From contig JBHIAT010000037.1 of NCBI GenBank assembly GCA_046758705.1, forward strand, positions 1 to 25,032: a DNA stretch of 25,032 bases. The letters run 5' to 3'. The notes beneath the pieces were generated by a model. That model was not told where the DNA came from. It made no database searches and was given only the letters and a program-made list of their open reading frames with translations. The translations under genes were made by a program, and so were the position numbers. Origin of the DNA: Candidatus Bipolaricaulia bacterium. GTDB taxonomy: Bacteria > Bipolaricaulota > Bipolaricaulia > JBHIAT01. Below are positions 1 through 7,684 of the stretch, piece by piece. Each line of letters starts with the position of its first letter. Within the stretch, counting starts at the first letter, position 1.

Positions 1-149
1 GAGTTCAGGAACCGCCTGGCGATCGATTTGACCAGGCCAATATTCTTCTTGACGATCAACGTTTCGAGCTCCGGGTCGAACTCGTTCTGGAGGATCCAGA
101 TGAGTTCCTCGGTCGGTTTCGCTTTGAGTCCTAATTTTTCCGGTCCCAT
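1..149 (-). CDS. RNA polymerase sigma factor, SigB/SigF/SigG-type, 5' part (runs off window)
   Basis: Not in the ORF track. Hand translation from ATG at 149 gives MGPEKLGLKAKPTEELIWILQNEFDPELETLIVKKNIGLVKSIARRFLN. NIGLVKSIARRF matches sigma-70 region 2.1 of the SigB/F/G group, after a short N-terminus. AGGGGGG SD upstream. Confidence 0.8.
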   Translation of the reverse strand, partial: MGPEKLGLKAKPTEELIWILQNEFDPELETLIVKKNIGLVKSIARRFLN

Positions 150-375
150 TGCTGCCCCCCTGGATTTCTATCCTGAACACATGCAGGCGCATAACGCGCC
201 TGCTACAATTGAGTCTATCTTTCACGGACGTGTCCTTGAGCTTCATCCTCTATTTTGCCCCAAAACCGAAGTTTTAGATGCGAGCGAGTGAACTGAGTTG
301 ATCGCGGAGGGGTCAGGTAGCCAGAACCAACAGGTAGGCCGGACATCAGATCATCGGTTCCAGCCGAGCCGTTCC

Positions 376-1524
376 TTAGTAGACGGTCCGTTTGAACTCT
401 ACCCGGAGTTTCTCTCCTTCTTTCAGAGCCTTTCGGATCCGTTCGGCGCCGTAGGTCATGTAGACCACCGGGAAACCGATGAACTCCTCGTTCCTTCGGT
501 AAGCGGACAGGAGCACGTGGCCGCCGGTGCTCAGAATCAATCGGTCGCCTTGCGCCGGCATGCCGAGCCATTCACTCTGGGCGTCCACATGGAGTGGTGC
601 GTAGTTTCTCCAAGCGGCGCCGCCGAGATGGGGGAGCTGTGGAGCGGTCGCCAGGGCGAGGATGACCAGTGGCATCGTCGGGATCGCCTCGATGCGGCGC
701 AGCGCGTCGAAAATCTCGTCCCGAGGAATCCGCTTGTCCTCCTCATCGTATGGGAACGAGAACACCTTCCCGTCGAACGAGGCCGGCTGCCGCCTTCCCC
801 GAACGTCCACCCCTTCGACCAGGAAGGTGTGTTCCTTGTACTGCTCCTCTTTATCAGGAATCGGCATCTCCCAGAACGGATAGCCCTCATGGCAGAGCCG
901 CTCCAGCACATCGGCCATCATCCCAGCCAACCGTCTGGAGAACGGCTTCTCGGGGATGATCTCCATATGAAGTAACCTGAAGAAATCATGACGCATCCGG
1001 ATGATCCGGTCTGGAACCGATCCCGGACCGGCATGTTTTTGATAAACTTGATCGATTTGGTCAAATCGATTCCTGAACGCCTCAATATTCTGCTCGGGCG
1101 CGCTTTTGACCCGGTTCTGTCCATCCTTGTATAGGACGCTCGGGTCGTAATCGAATCGTTCCTGGTAGGGGATCAGCACATTCGGAGCCAACACCTTGGG
1201 GTAGACGATTCCGTATTGGACCGTGTACCCCTTGGGCGCATCGTTCTTGGGGATCACGTTGTCGTAGACGGCATTGATCACGCGGCTTTGCTCCTCATCG
1301 TTCTCGAACCCGAGCTCGGAGACGATATTGCACAGCACGTAGTTGCTGAAAATCTCATCGAAAGCCAGATTCGGATTGAGATGAGAGAAGGTGGCCAATA
1401 GATCGGCATCCAGGATCGATCGAATCTTGGGAAATTTTGGGTCGATCTTCCATGCATCCTTTATTTTCTCACAGTTTTCGGCGATAATCTTTTTGATGTC
1501 GGTCGATCTCGTCTCGGTGGTCAT
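376..1524 (-). CDS. hypothetical protein, 382 aa, no recognised family
   Basis: Long ORF with globular composition, AAGGAAAG SD-like sequence, 32 nt downstream of the GAF gene on the same strand. Confidence 0.85.
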   Translation of the reverse strand: MTTETRSTDIKKIIAENCEKIKDAWKIDPKFPKIRSILDADLLATFSHLNPNLAFDEIFSNYVLCNIVSELGFENDEEQSRVINAVYDNVIPKNDAPKGYTVQYGIVYPKVLAPNVLIPYQERFDYDPSVLYKDGQNRVKSAPEQNIEAFRNRFDQIDQVYQKHAGPGSVPDRIIRMRHDFFRLLHMEIIPEKPFSRRLAGMMADVLERLCHEGYPFWEMPIPDKEEQYKEHTFLVEGVDVRGRRQPASFDGKVFSFPYDEEDKRIPRDEIFDALRRIEAIPTMPLVILALATAPQLPHLGGAAWRNYAPLHVDAQSEWLGMPAQGDRLILSTGGHVLLSAYRRNEEFIGFPVVYMTYGAERIRKALKEGEKLRVEFKRTVY

Positions 1525-1556
1525 CTTTCCTTATTCTTTTCGTTTTTGATCTTGGA

Positions 1557-2006
1557 TTACTGGGTGAATCGATCGGCCAGAGCGCGGGCGACCTCGTTGA
1601 GCAAACGATCATCCTCATTCTCGAAGGCGGCTGGTGAGTCACTGTCGATATCGATCTCGCCGATCACCCGGTCGTCAGCGATGATCGGAACGACGATCTC
1701 CGATTTCGTGCTGGGGAAGCAGGCAATATAACGGGGATCTCGATCAACGTCATCGACAATGACCATCTCACCTCGTTCGGCGGCCAAGCCACAGATCCCC
1801 TGCCCGATCTGGATCCGGGTGTGCTCGGTCGCCTCCGGACCGTCCCAGGCCAGCAACGCCAACTCGTCACCGTCCACCATATAGATTCCTACCCAGTTGT
1901 AATGCGCAACTCGGTCCCGCAGCCGCTCCACCGCCTGCTGAGCGGCCTCGGTAAAGTCAGTCGCTCCCGAAATCGCCTTCTGGATCTCATCAACGACTCG
2001 GTTCAT
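1557..2006 (-). CDS. GAF-domain protein, free methionine-R-sulfoxide reductase (MsrC/YebR)-like
   Basis: Motifs NWVGIY, GQGICG, VIVDDV, YIACF, KSEIVVPI and GEIDIDS. ATGA overlap with the gcvT stop; AGGAGG SD. Confidence 0.85.
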   Translation of the reverse strand: MNRVVDEIQKAISGATDFTEAAQQAVERLRDRVAHYNWVGIYMVDGDELALLAWDGPEATEHTRIQIGQGICGLAAERGEMVIVDDVDRDPRYIACFPSTKSEIVVPIIADDRVIGEIDIDSDSPAAFENEDDRLLNEVARALADRFTQ

Positions 2007-3148
2007 GAAGGTACCTCCTGGGTCCCGGCCTGAGATCCTTTCCCCTTTCCAGAGCCAGCCTTGACCGATCCCCGATAGAACGGCAGGGCGATGACCCTTG
2101 CTTCCCGACTCTCCTCTCGGATCTGGATTGCGATCCGATCCCCGGGCTCAAGCTTCGGGAGGTTCACATAACCCATCCCTAGGAAACGACCCAGGGTGGG
2201 CGACTTCATACCGCTGCTCACCGTGCCGACCTCCTCGCCGGCCTGTTCGATGGGGTAGCCTTGGCGTGGGACCCCCGGCTGGAGCATCTCAAAGCCAATG
2301 AGTTTTTGGGGAACACCCTGGCGCAGCTGCCGTTCTAAAGCCGCTTTGCCAATAAAGTCCACCCGTTTCCCTAACTTAACCGTCCAACCGAGACCCGCCT
2401 CGATCGGTGTCGTTTCCTCGTCCAACTCGTGTCCGTAGAGAGGAATCCCGGCCTCAAACCGCAGCGAATCCCGAGCCCCCAGTCCGACCGGCCGCACCCC
2501 GATATCCCGAAGCATCTCCCAGACGGCCTCGATCAACGCCGGCCGGCCGTAGATCTCGAAGCCGTCCTCGCCGGTGTAGCCGGTCCGGGAGACCAACGCC
2601 TGCTCCTGCCCCTCCAGGATCGTGATCTCTCGGAACCGGAAGTAGCCGATCGCAGAGAGATCTTCGGTCACGATCCGACTCAGGAACGGTTCGGCCTCCG
2701 GCCCTTGGAGGGCGATCTGGCCGTATGTGGTGCTCCGGTTGGCTATCTCTACATCAAATCCTTCCGCCTGCTTTTTCACCCAGTCGAAATCCTTCTCGGT
2801 GTTGCCAGCGTTCACCACCAGCAAGAATCTCTCGCTTGTCAACCGGTAGACGAGCAGATCGTCGACCGTGCCCCCATCTTCTTGGCAGATCGGCGAGTAG
2901 AGCGCCCGGCTACCGGACACATCGGCATCGTTGGTGATCAAGCGCTGAACCAGATCCAGGGCGTCGGCGTTGCGGATCTCGATCTCGCCCATATGGCTGA
3001 CATCGAACATCCCGACGTGCTCCCGGACGGTCCGGTGTTCCTCCAGGATGCTCCCATAGTGGAGCGGCATATCCCAACCGTTAAAGTCGATCATCCTCGC
3101 CCCGAGCCGCTGATGGGCTGCATGGAGCGGAGTCCGTTTCAAGGCCAT
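2003..3148 (-). CDS. gcvT: glycine cleavage system aminomethyltransferase T
   Basis: LKRTPLH, GWDMPLHY, GMFDVSHMGEI, SRTGYTGEDGFEI and GLGARDSLRFEAG motifs. Confidence 0.96.
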   Translation of the reverse strand: MALKRTPLHAAHQRLGARMIDFNGWDMPLHYGSILEEHRTVREHVGMFDVSHMGEIEIRNADALDLVQRLITNDADVSGSRALYSPICQEDGGTVDDLLVYRLTSERFLLVVNAGNTEKDFDWVKKQAEGFDVEIANRSTTYGQIALQGPEAEPFLSRIVTEDLSAIGYFRFREITILEGQEQALVSRTGYTGEDGFEIYGRPALIEAVWEMLRDIGVRPVGLGARDSLRFEAGIPLYGHELDEETTPIEAGLGWTVKLGKRVDFIGKAALERQLRQGVPQKLIGFEMLQPGVPRQGYPIEQAGEEVGTVSSGMKSPTLGRFLGMGYVNLPKLEPGDRIAIQIREESREARVIALPFYRGSVKAGSGKGKGSQAGTQEVPS

Positions 3149-3187
3149 GATCGATCAACACTCTCTCAATCCCGATTGCGATTAGGA

Positions 3188-4219
3188 CTATAGTCTCTCG
3201 ACCTTCGGCTCCCGGGTCATCATCTCATCGACCTTGTTCAGCGGATCTGCCCCTTGGTAGAGGATGTCGTAGACCGCCGCGGTGATCGGCATCTCGATCC
3301 CCCGCGCTTGAGCCATCCGGTGGATCGCCCGGGTCGCATAGATCCCCTCGGCAACCATCGTCATATCATGCTGTATCTGCACCAGTGTCTCGCCCTTTCC
3401 GATGCGTTGGCCGACGTAGCGGTTGCGGCTGTGCTCACTGATGCAGGTCGTCACCAAGTCGCCCAATCCGGCGATTCCGAAGAACGTCTCCCGGCGCACC
3501 GAAAGATAATCGGCGAGCCGGACCATCTCAGCCAGGCCCCTGGAGATGAGCGCCCCTTTGCTGTTGTCCCCGTAGCCGAGGCCATCCGAGATCCCACAGG
3601 CCAACGCGATGACGTTCTTGATCGCCGCTGCATACTCCACACCGCGGATATCGTCGCTCAGGTAGACCCGGAACCGGTCGGTCATCAGTGCCCGCTGGAG
3701 TCGTTCTCCGGTTTCCAGATCCCGACCGGCGAGCACCACAGTCGTCGGCACATCCCGGCCGACCTCCTCGGCATGGCTGGGACCGGACAGGGCGAAGACC
3801 TGCTCTGGCTCTACGTCTAACACCTCAACGAGAACCTCGGACATCGTCAAAAATCGGTCCTGCTCAACACCCTTTGCCAGGCTGATGAACACCGTGCTCT
3901 GTTTTCGATCCACCGGCGATAGGTTCGCGATCCGCTCGCAGCCCTCACGCATCGCGAACGAGGGAACCGCCATCAGGAAGAGCTCCCCGTGTCCTGCGAC
4001 CTCGGCAAGCTCGGTGAACACCTCCAGGCCCTTCTGGGGAAGCGCCACGCCGGCCAGATACTTCTCATTGACACGCTCTCGATCGATCCGTTCTGCCAGA
4101 CGCTTATCCCGCACCCACAGGTGGACCTGATGCCCTCGGTTGGCGAGCAGTCGGCTGACCGCCGTTCCCCAGCCGCCAGCACCGACCACTGTGATCTCCA
4201 TCTGTTCCGTCGATTGCAC
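3188..4219 (-). CDS. gpsA: NAD(P)H-dependent glycerol-3-phosphate dehydrogenase
   Basis: GAGGWGTA Rossmann motif, LSGPSHAEEV, AIKNVIALACG, GLGDLVTTCISEHSRNR. GTG start after GGGAGG. Confidence 0.96.
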   Translation of the reverse strand: MQSTEQMEITVVGAGGWGTAVSRLLANRGHQVHLWVRDKRLAERIDRERVNEKYLAGVALPQKGLEVFTELAEVAGHGELFLMAVPSFAMREGCERIANLSPVDRKQSTVFISLAKGVEQDRFLTMSEVLVEVLDVEPEQVFALSGPSHAEEVGRDVPTTVVLAGRDLETGERLQRALMTDRFRVYLSDDIRGVEYAAAIKNVIALACGISDGLGYGDNSKGALISRGLAEMVRLADYLSVRRETFFGIAGLGDLVTTCISEHSRNRYVGQRIGKGETLVQIQHDMTMVAEGIYATRAIHRMAQARGIEMPITAAVYDILYQGADPLNKVDEMMTREPKVERL

Positions 4220-4252
4220 TTCCGTAGAGCCTCCCGAATCCGAATCATGGCA

Positions 4253-4281
4253 AGCATAGCGACACCGGCGGGAAATTTCAA
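4253..4281 (-). promoter_or_regulatory. sigma70-type promoter for the gpsA operon
   Basis: Minus strand reads TTGAAA (4281-4276), 17 nt, TATGCT (4258-4253). Confidence 0.6.
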
Positions 4282-4371
4282 TAGCTGATCCAGATCCACC
4301 CAGGAAACAATCTCAGGGTAGAAGTGCGAGCACAACAATCCTGATCTGAAATGAGCGCACTGCGTGACGTT

Positions 4372-6168
4372 TTATCGCCTGGCCAGGACGAACACCAACG
4401 CCAGCAGCAACACACCTGCGAGGATCACGGCTACCAGCGCGATGGTAAAGTTGGTCGAGGTCGTGCTATCAAGGTCATCGACCTGGACGGAGATCCGGCC
4501 TTGCTGTTGTTGTAGGGTGTTCAAACTCTGTTGCAGCTTGTTCAACCCCTCTTGTAGAGTGTCATTGAGCGCGTTCAGCTGGGTCGCCTGAGATCGCTGG
4601 AGGCCGAGGAGCAGCCCACGGACGATCTGCTCGTTACTGATCTCCTGGATCGATGCCGTCGTGGTTGGGATCCCATGGGCGGGTGGCCCTTGGAACGCGT
4701 GCCCCTTCCACTCGCCGGTCCAGATCGCCTGGTCGGCCAGGTACATCGCCTGGGCGGTGGTGAACTGACCGTCAACCACCGACCATTGTCCCGTTCCCCG
4801 ATTGTATGCGACGGCGGTCGCGAAGACCGGGGCCTGTCCGAACTGGCCGCCGGCCATCGGCGGGGGCGGCACGCCATCGCCGTCCTGTCCACCGCCTGAC
4901 TGCAGCAGTTCGGAGAGTTGGAGGCCGGATCGCTTCACCGCGCTCCGGAAGAACGTGGCGAACTGGCTCTTAAGCTCCTCTCGACCGGCGACTCGGATGA
5001 CCGTGTTGAACGCGCCGACGATGTCACCGATCTCCTCAGCCGTGTAACGGTATGTATTTGCTCCTTCATCAGAGGCGAACGTTTCGGCCTGTTCATCCCA
5101 GAGGCTCTGCACGTAGTCCCAGGCCTCGAACGCCGCGTCCTGGTAGAGGGCGAAGTCCGTGAGCGCATGAGCATAGAGCAACCCAGTGACCGTCGACGCC
5201 TGAACCGCCAGCTGACTGTGATCCTCGGGTTTTCCTGCTACCTTGCCGTTGGGACCGATCGCACTCGCAAGATCAAGGGCGACGGCGTGGAGTTCAGCGA
5301 CCGCCCGACGCCTCAAGCTCTCGTCCTCGGTGGTCGATGCGTACCAGGCAAGCGCCTGGAGGACCCGCCCTTTGTAATAGTTATCCATCCCTTGCAGCAT
5401 GTCGGCAGCGATGATTCCCTTGAACGTGTTATCAACCATTGCCAGGGCCTGCTCCCGTTTCAGTGGGGCGACGTAGAAGTCGAAGCCTTCGGTGACCGAG
5501 GCCAGGCTCGACAGACCCCAGAGCATCGCCACCTGATCCTTGCCTACTATGTTGGCATCGGCGATCTGGTCGTCCCGCCAGGCGGCAGCGAACAGTCCGT
5601 TCTCCGCCCGGAGGTTCTCCTGAGCGAATCGGGCGGTGGCAGCGGCGATGTTTCCGAGCAGCATGGCGATGAACCGGTTCTGATTGGGACTATCCGGAGG
5701 GCCCTTGAAGGTCCCACTTTCGAAAAAGTTCTCGAAGTGCTTGATCCACTCTACCTCTTTGATGATGGTATAGCCGATCGCCTCTGGAGTGACCGTCTTG
5801 TCCATCTTATTTGGATCCCACCTCAGCGTAGCCGCATCACTGAGGTCCGGCTGTTGAATGAAGTGCGGATCGCCCGAGGCATACGGAGCCATCACCAGGT
5901 ACGGGTTCTGAACGGGCAGTTTATCAACCCCGGCGGCTTGCATCATCCCTTGGACCATCTCCGGTGGCGGCATCAACCGTTCTCCCATCCCGGCCCGGAT
6001 CACCAAATTCGCAAAGTTGAACAACGAGTACCAGTATGTCTCATCTGAGGCCAGGAACCAGTTGTATCTCTCCTGGGCAATGGTTGGTTGCGGGCCAATC
6101 GACACCAGCACCAGCGTCACTAACAGCAGTCCAAAGGCTAACCTATAATGGGTTCGTTGCATACGCAT
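4372..6168 (-). CDS. exported, C-terminally membrane-anchored protein with a probable alpha/alpha-toroid (six-hairpin glycosidase-like) core
   Basis: Signal peptide ending ...PTIA|QE. Helical segments (DQVAMLWGLSSLASVT; GLLYAHALTDFALYQDAAFEAWDYV) resemble YyaL/AGE-epimerase barrels. Gln/Leu coiled coil, then a TM helix and terminal RR. AAGGGGG SD. Fold call is inference. Confidence 0.75.
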   Translation of the reverse strand: MRMQRTHYRLAFGLLLVTLVLVSIGPQPTIAQERYNWFLASDETYWYSLFNFANLVIRAGMGERLMPPPEMVQGMMQAAGVDKLPVQNPYLVMAPYASGDPHFIQQPDLSDAATLRWDPNKMDKTVTPEAIGYTIIKEVEWIKHFENFFESGTFKGPPDSPNQNRFIAMLLGNIAAATARFAQENLRAENGLFAAAWRDDQIADANIVGKDQVAMLWGLSSLASVTEGFDFYVAPLKREQALAMVDNTFKGIIAADMLQGMDNYYKGRVLQALAWYASTTEDESLRRRAVAELHAVALDLASAIGPNGKVAGKPEDHSQLAVQASTVTGLLYAHALTDFALYQDAAFEAWDYVQSLWDEQAETFASDEGANTYRYTAEEIGDIVGAFNTVIRVAGREELKSQFATFFRSAVKRSGLQLSELLQSGGGQDGDGVPPPPMAGGQFGQAPVFATAVAYNRGTGQWSVVDGQFTTAQAMYLADQAIWTGEWKGHAFQGPPAHGIPTTTASIQEISNEQIVRGLLLGLQRSQATQLNALNDTLQEGLNKLQQSLNTLQQQQGRISVQVDDLDSTTSTNFTIALVAVILAGVLLLALVFVLARR

Positions 6169-6252
6169 CTTAATTTTGCTACCCCCCTTTGGAAAAACTT
6201 TCGGAATCTATCGCTGCTGATATCTATCTAACCATATTTTCTTAACCTCTGT

Positions 6253-6270
6253 ATGTAACCCAGATTACAT
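6253..6270. promoter_or_regulatory. palindromic operator-like site ATGTAA-N6-TTACAT
   Basis: Perfect 6-bp arms with CRP/NtcA-family geometry (TGTA-N8-TACA), about 85 nt upstream of the 598-aa gene. Confidence 0.45.
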
Positions 6271-6298
6271 GTAGGGGCACGGCATGCCGTGCCCCTAC
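6271..6298. repeat. GTAG-type REP-like perfect palindrome
   Basis: GTAGGGGCACGGCATGCCGTGCCCCTAC is a 28-bp perfect palindrome with GTAG/CTAC ends, intergenic. Confidence 0.75.
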
Positions 6299-6329
6299 TT
6301 CAACCTTAACCGGTATTATACGATCTTAG

Positions 6330-6644
6330 CTATTCCTCTACCATATACAGCTCGGTTTTCGCAGCGTCGGTCAAAAACGCTACGAACTTCTGGTTGATCG
6401 CCTGGAACTCGGGATCTTCGAAGAGTTTGACAAAACCTTCCTCGGTTGCGCCCAAGTCTTCCACCTCAAATTCGGCGTAGATATCGGGCGCCCCGGGCGA
6501 GGCGAACACCGCGCTGACGATCCGTCCCGAAGACCCCAACCCCAGGGCTTCCATTCTTTGGCCGATTTGCTTCACATAAGAGACAGCTTCATCGCGCCGC
6601 CCCGGAACCGTCTGGAAAGATACACGCATCACATAGACCGGCAT
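6330..6644 (-). CDS. small dimeric alpha+beta barrel protein (NIPSNAP/ABM-like), 104 aa
   Basis: Start moved to ATG 6644 behind an AAGGGGG SD. Pattern FQTVPGRRDEAV...YAEFEVEDL...EDPEF...TELY. Confidence 0.7.
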   Translation of the reverse strand: MPVYVMRVSFQTVPGRRDEAVSYVKQIGQRMEALGLGSSGRIVSAVFASPGAPDIYAEFEVEDLGATEEGFVKLFEDPEFQAINQKFVAFLTDAAKTELYMVEE

Positions 6645-6677
6645 AGGATTCCCCCTTTTATTTTGTGGTAATGATTT

Positions 6678-6706
6678 ATTATTCAATCAAGAGGCGCGTT
6701 TGTCAA
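6678..6706 (-). promoter_or_regulatory. sigma70-type promoter for the NIPSNAP-like gene
   Basis: Minus strand reads TTGACA (6706-6701), 17 nt, AATAAT (6683-6678). The longer annotated start at 6686 lies inside this promoter, which argues against it. Confidence 0.6.
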
Positions 6707-6865
6707 TGGGACAACCTCGCAGTGTTTCGATCAGGGTGAAATTCGTATGAAATTCAGCTTTTGGGGGTATAGTTAAATATGGTAAGAGAAAGTGTTCTTA
6801 CATTGAAATCAGAACCGAAAAGGATCCTATTTTAATGCGAAATTCTCCATCAAGGAGGTCACAAC

Positions 6866-7675
6866 GTGAAACGAGGACTGACACTGTTGGTTTTGACCGT
6901 GGTGATCGTCGGGACGCTGGCGAGCGGAGCCCATGCGCAACGGTTTTTGGGGCTGGGCGGCGGTGTCTCGACCTATCTGGTGAATTTGGGACCGATTGTA
7001 ACCGATCTGAACGATTTTGAACAGACTTTGGTCAATGATGTGGGTCTCACCGGTGTCGATCTCTCTCCTTTGATCGACATCATCCCGTCAGAGGCCCCCG
7101 TCCCCCATCTTCAGATGCGGGGCCAGGTGCGCCTCCCGCGTTTCATCCCGCTGTTCAACTTTCTCCGGGTCGACTACAGCACATTACCCCAGCAGAGTTT
7201 TCAGGAGTCCATGACGGTTGAGGTCCCCCTCCCGGCCCCTCCTCCGCCGCTCCCCCCGCTTCCGCCTGTCAATGTGGATGTGGTGATGGATGCGGCTTTT
7301 AACAGTACCGTGGTCAGTGTGACCGCCCTGAAGCAGATCGGCGTGATCTTTGCGAAGCTCTACTTCGGGGCTGGGGTCGATCTGGTCAGCGGGGCGTTGC
7401 TGTTGAATATGACGGTCTCAGCAGGATCAGTCGATCCACTGATTCAGCCTGTGGTCGATGCTGCAATCGATGAGATCAACAACGCGTTTCAGGCTGCTGG
7501 CCTAGCTAGCAACACGATTGAGACGACCACCACACACTTGGTCGTCGGCGGGCGAGTAGGGCTCGGGTTCCTTGATCTGTACGGGGAGTTGAAGTACCTG
7601 CTCCCGTTGGATGATACAGGAAGCTTGACGATCGGCGACTTCGAAGCAAGCGTCGGGGTGATGCTCAGCCTTTAG
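6866..7675 (+). CDS. exported protein, probable outer-membrane beta-barrel with a proline-rich insert
   Basis: GTG start after AAGGAGGT; signal peptide ending AHA|Q. Amphipathic strands LYFGAGVDL, HLVVGGRVGL, LDLYGELKY, and terminal strand ASVGVMLSL. Confidence 0.7.
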   Translation: MKRGLTLLVLTVVIVGTLASGAHAQRFLGLGGGVSTYLVNLGPIVTDLNDFEQTLVNDVGLTGVDLSPLIDIIPSEAPVPHLQMRGQVRLPRFIPLFNFLRVDYSTLPQQSFQESMTVEVPLPAPPPPLPPLPPVNVDVVMDAAFNSTVVSVTALKQIGVIFAKLYFGAGVDLVSGALLLNMTVSAGSVDPLIQPVVDAAIDEINNAFQAAGLASNTIETTTTHLVVGGRVGLGFLDLYGELKYLLPLDDTGSLTIGDFEASVGVMLSL

Positions 7676-7684
7676 CCAATTCCC

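Noticed and set aside
28-975. ORFs 28..291 (+), 215..571 (-) and 298..975 (+)
   Set aside because: Shadow frames overlapping the sigma gene and the 382-aa gene; no recognisable motifs.
1051-1070. Inverted repeat ATCGATTTG-GT-CAAATCGAT, partly similar to sequence near positions 22-34
   Set aside because: Lies inside a CDS and is built from the genome's abundant ATCGAT/GATC words; no regulatory context.
4918-6048. 376-aa plus-strand ORF and similar long antisense ORFs (2429..3193, 8864..9601, 16263..17444, 18942..20003)
   Set aside because: Antisense mirrors of well-supported genes, expected at high GC.
6645-6686. N-terminal extension of the NIPSNAP-like ORF
   Set aside because: Overlaps the predicted promoter; the SD supports ATG 6644.
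7222-7268. C-rich low-complexity tract as a DNA repeat or phase-variation site
   Set aside because: Encodes polyproline with mixed codons; no long homopolymer or exact tandem unit.
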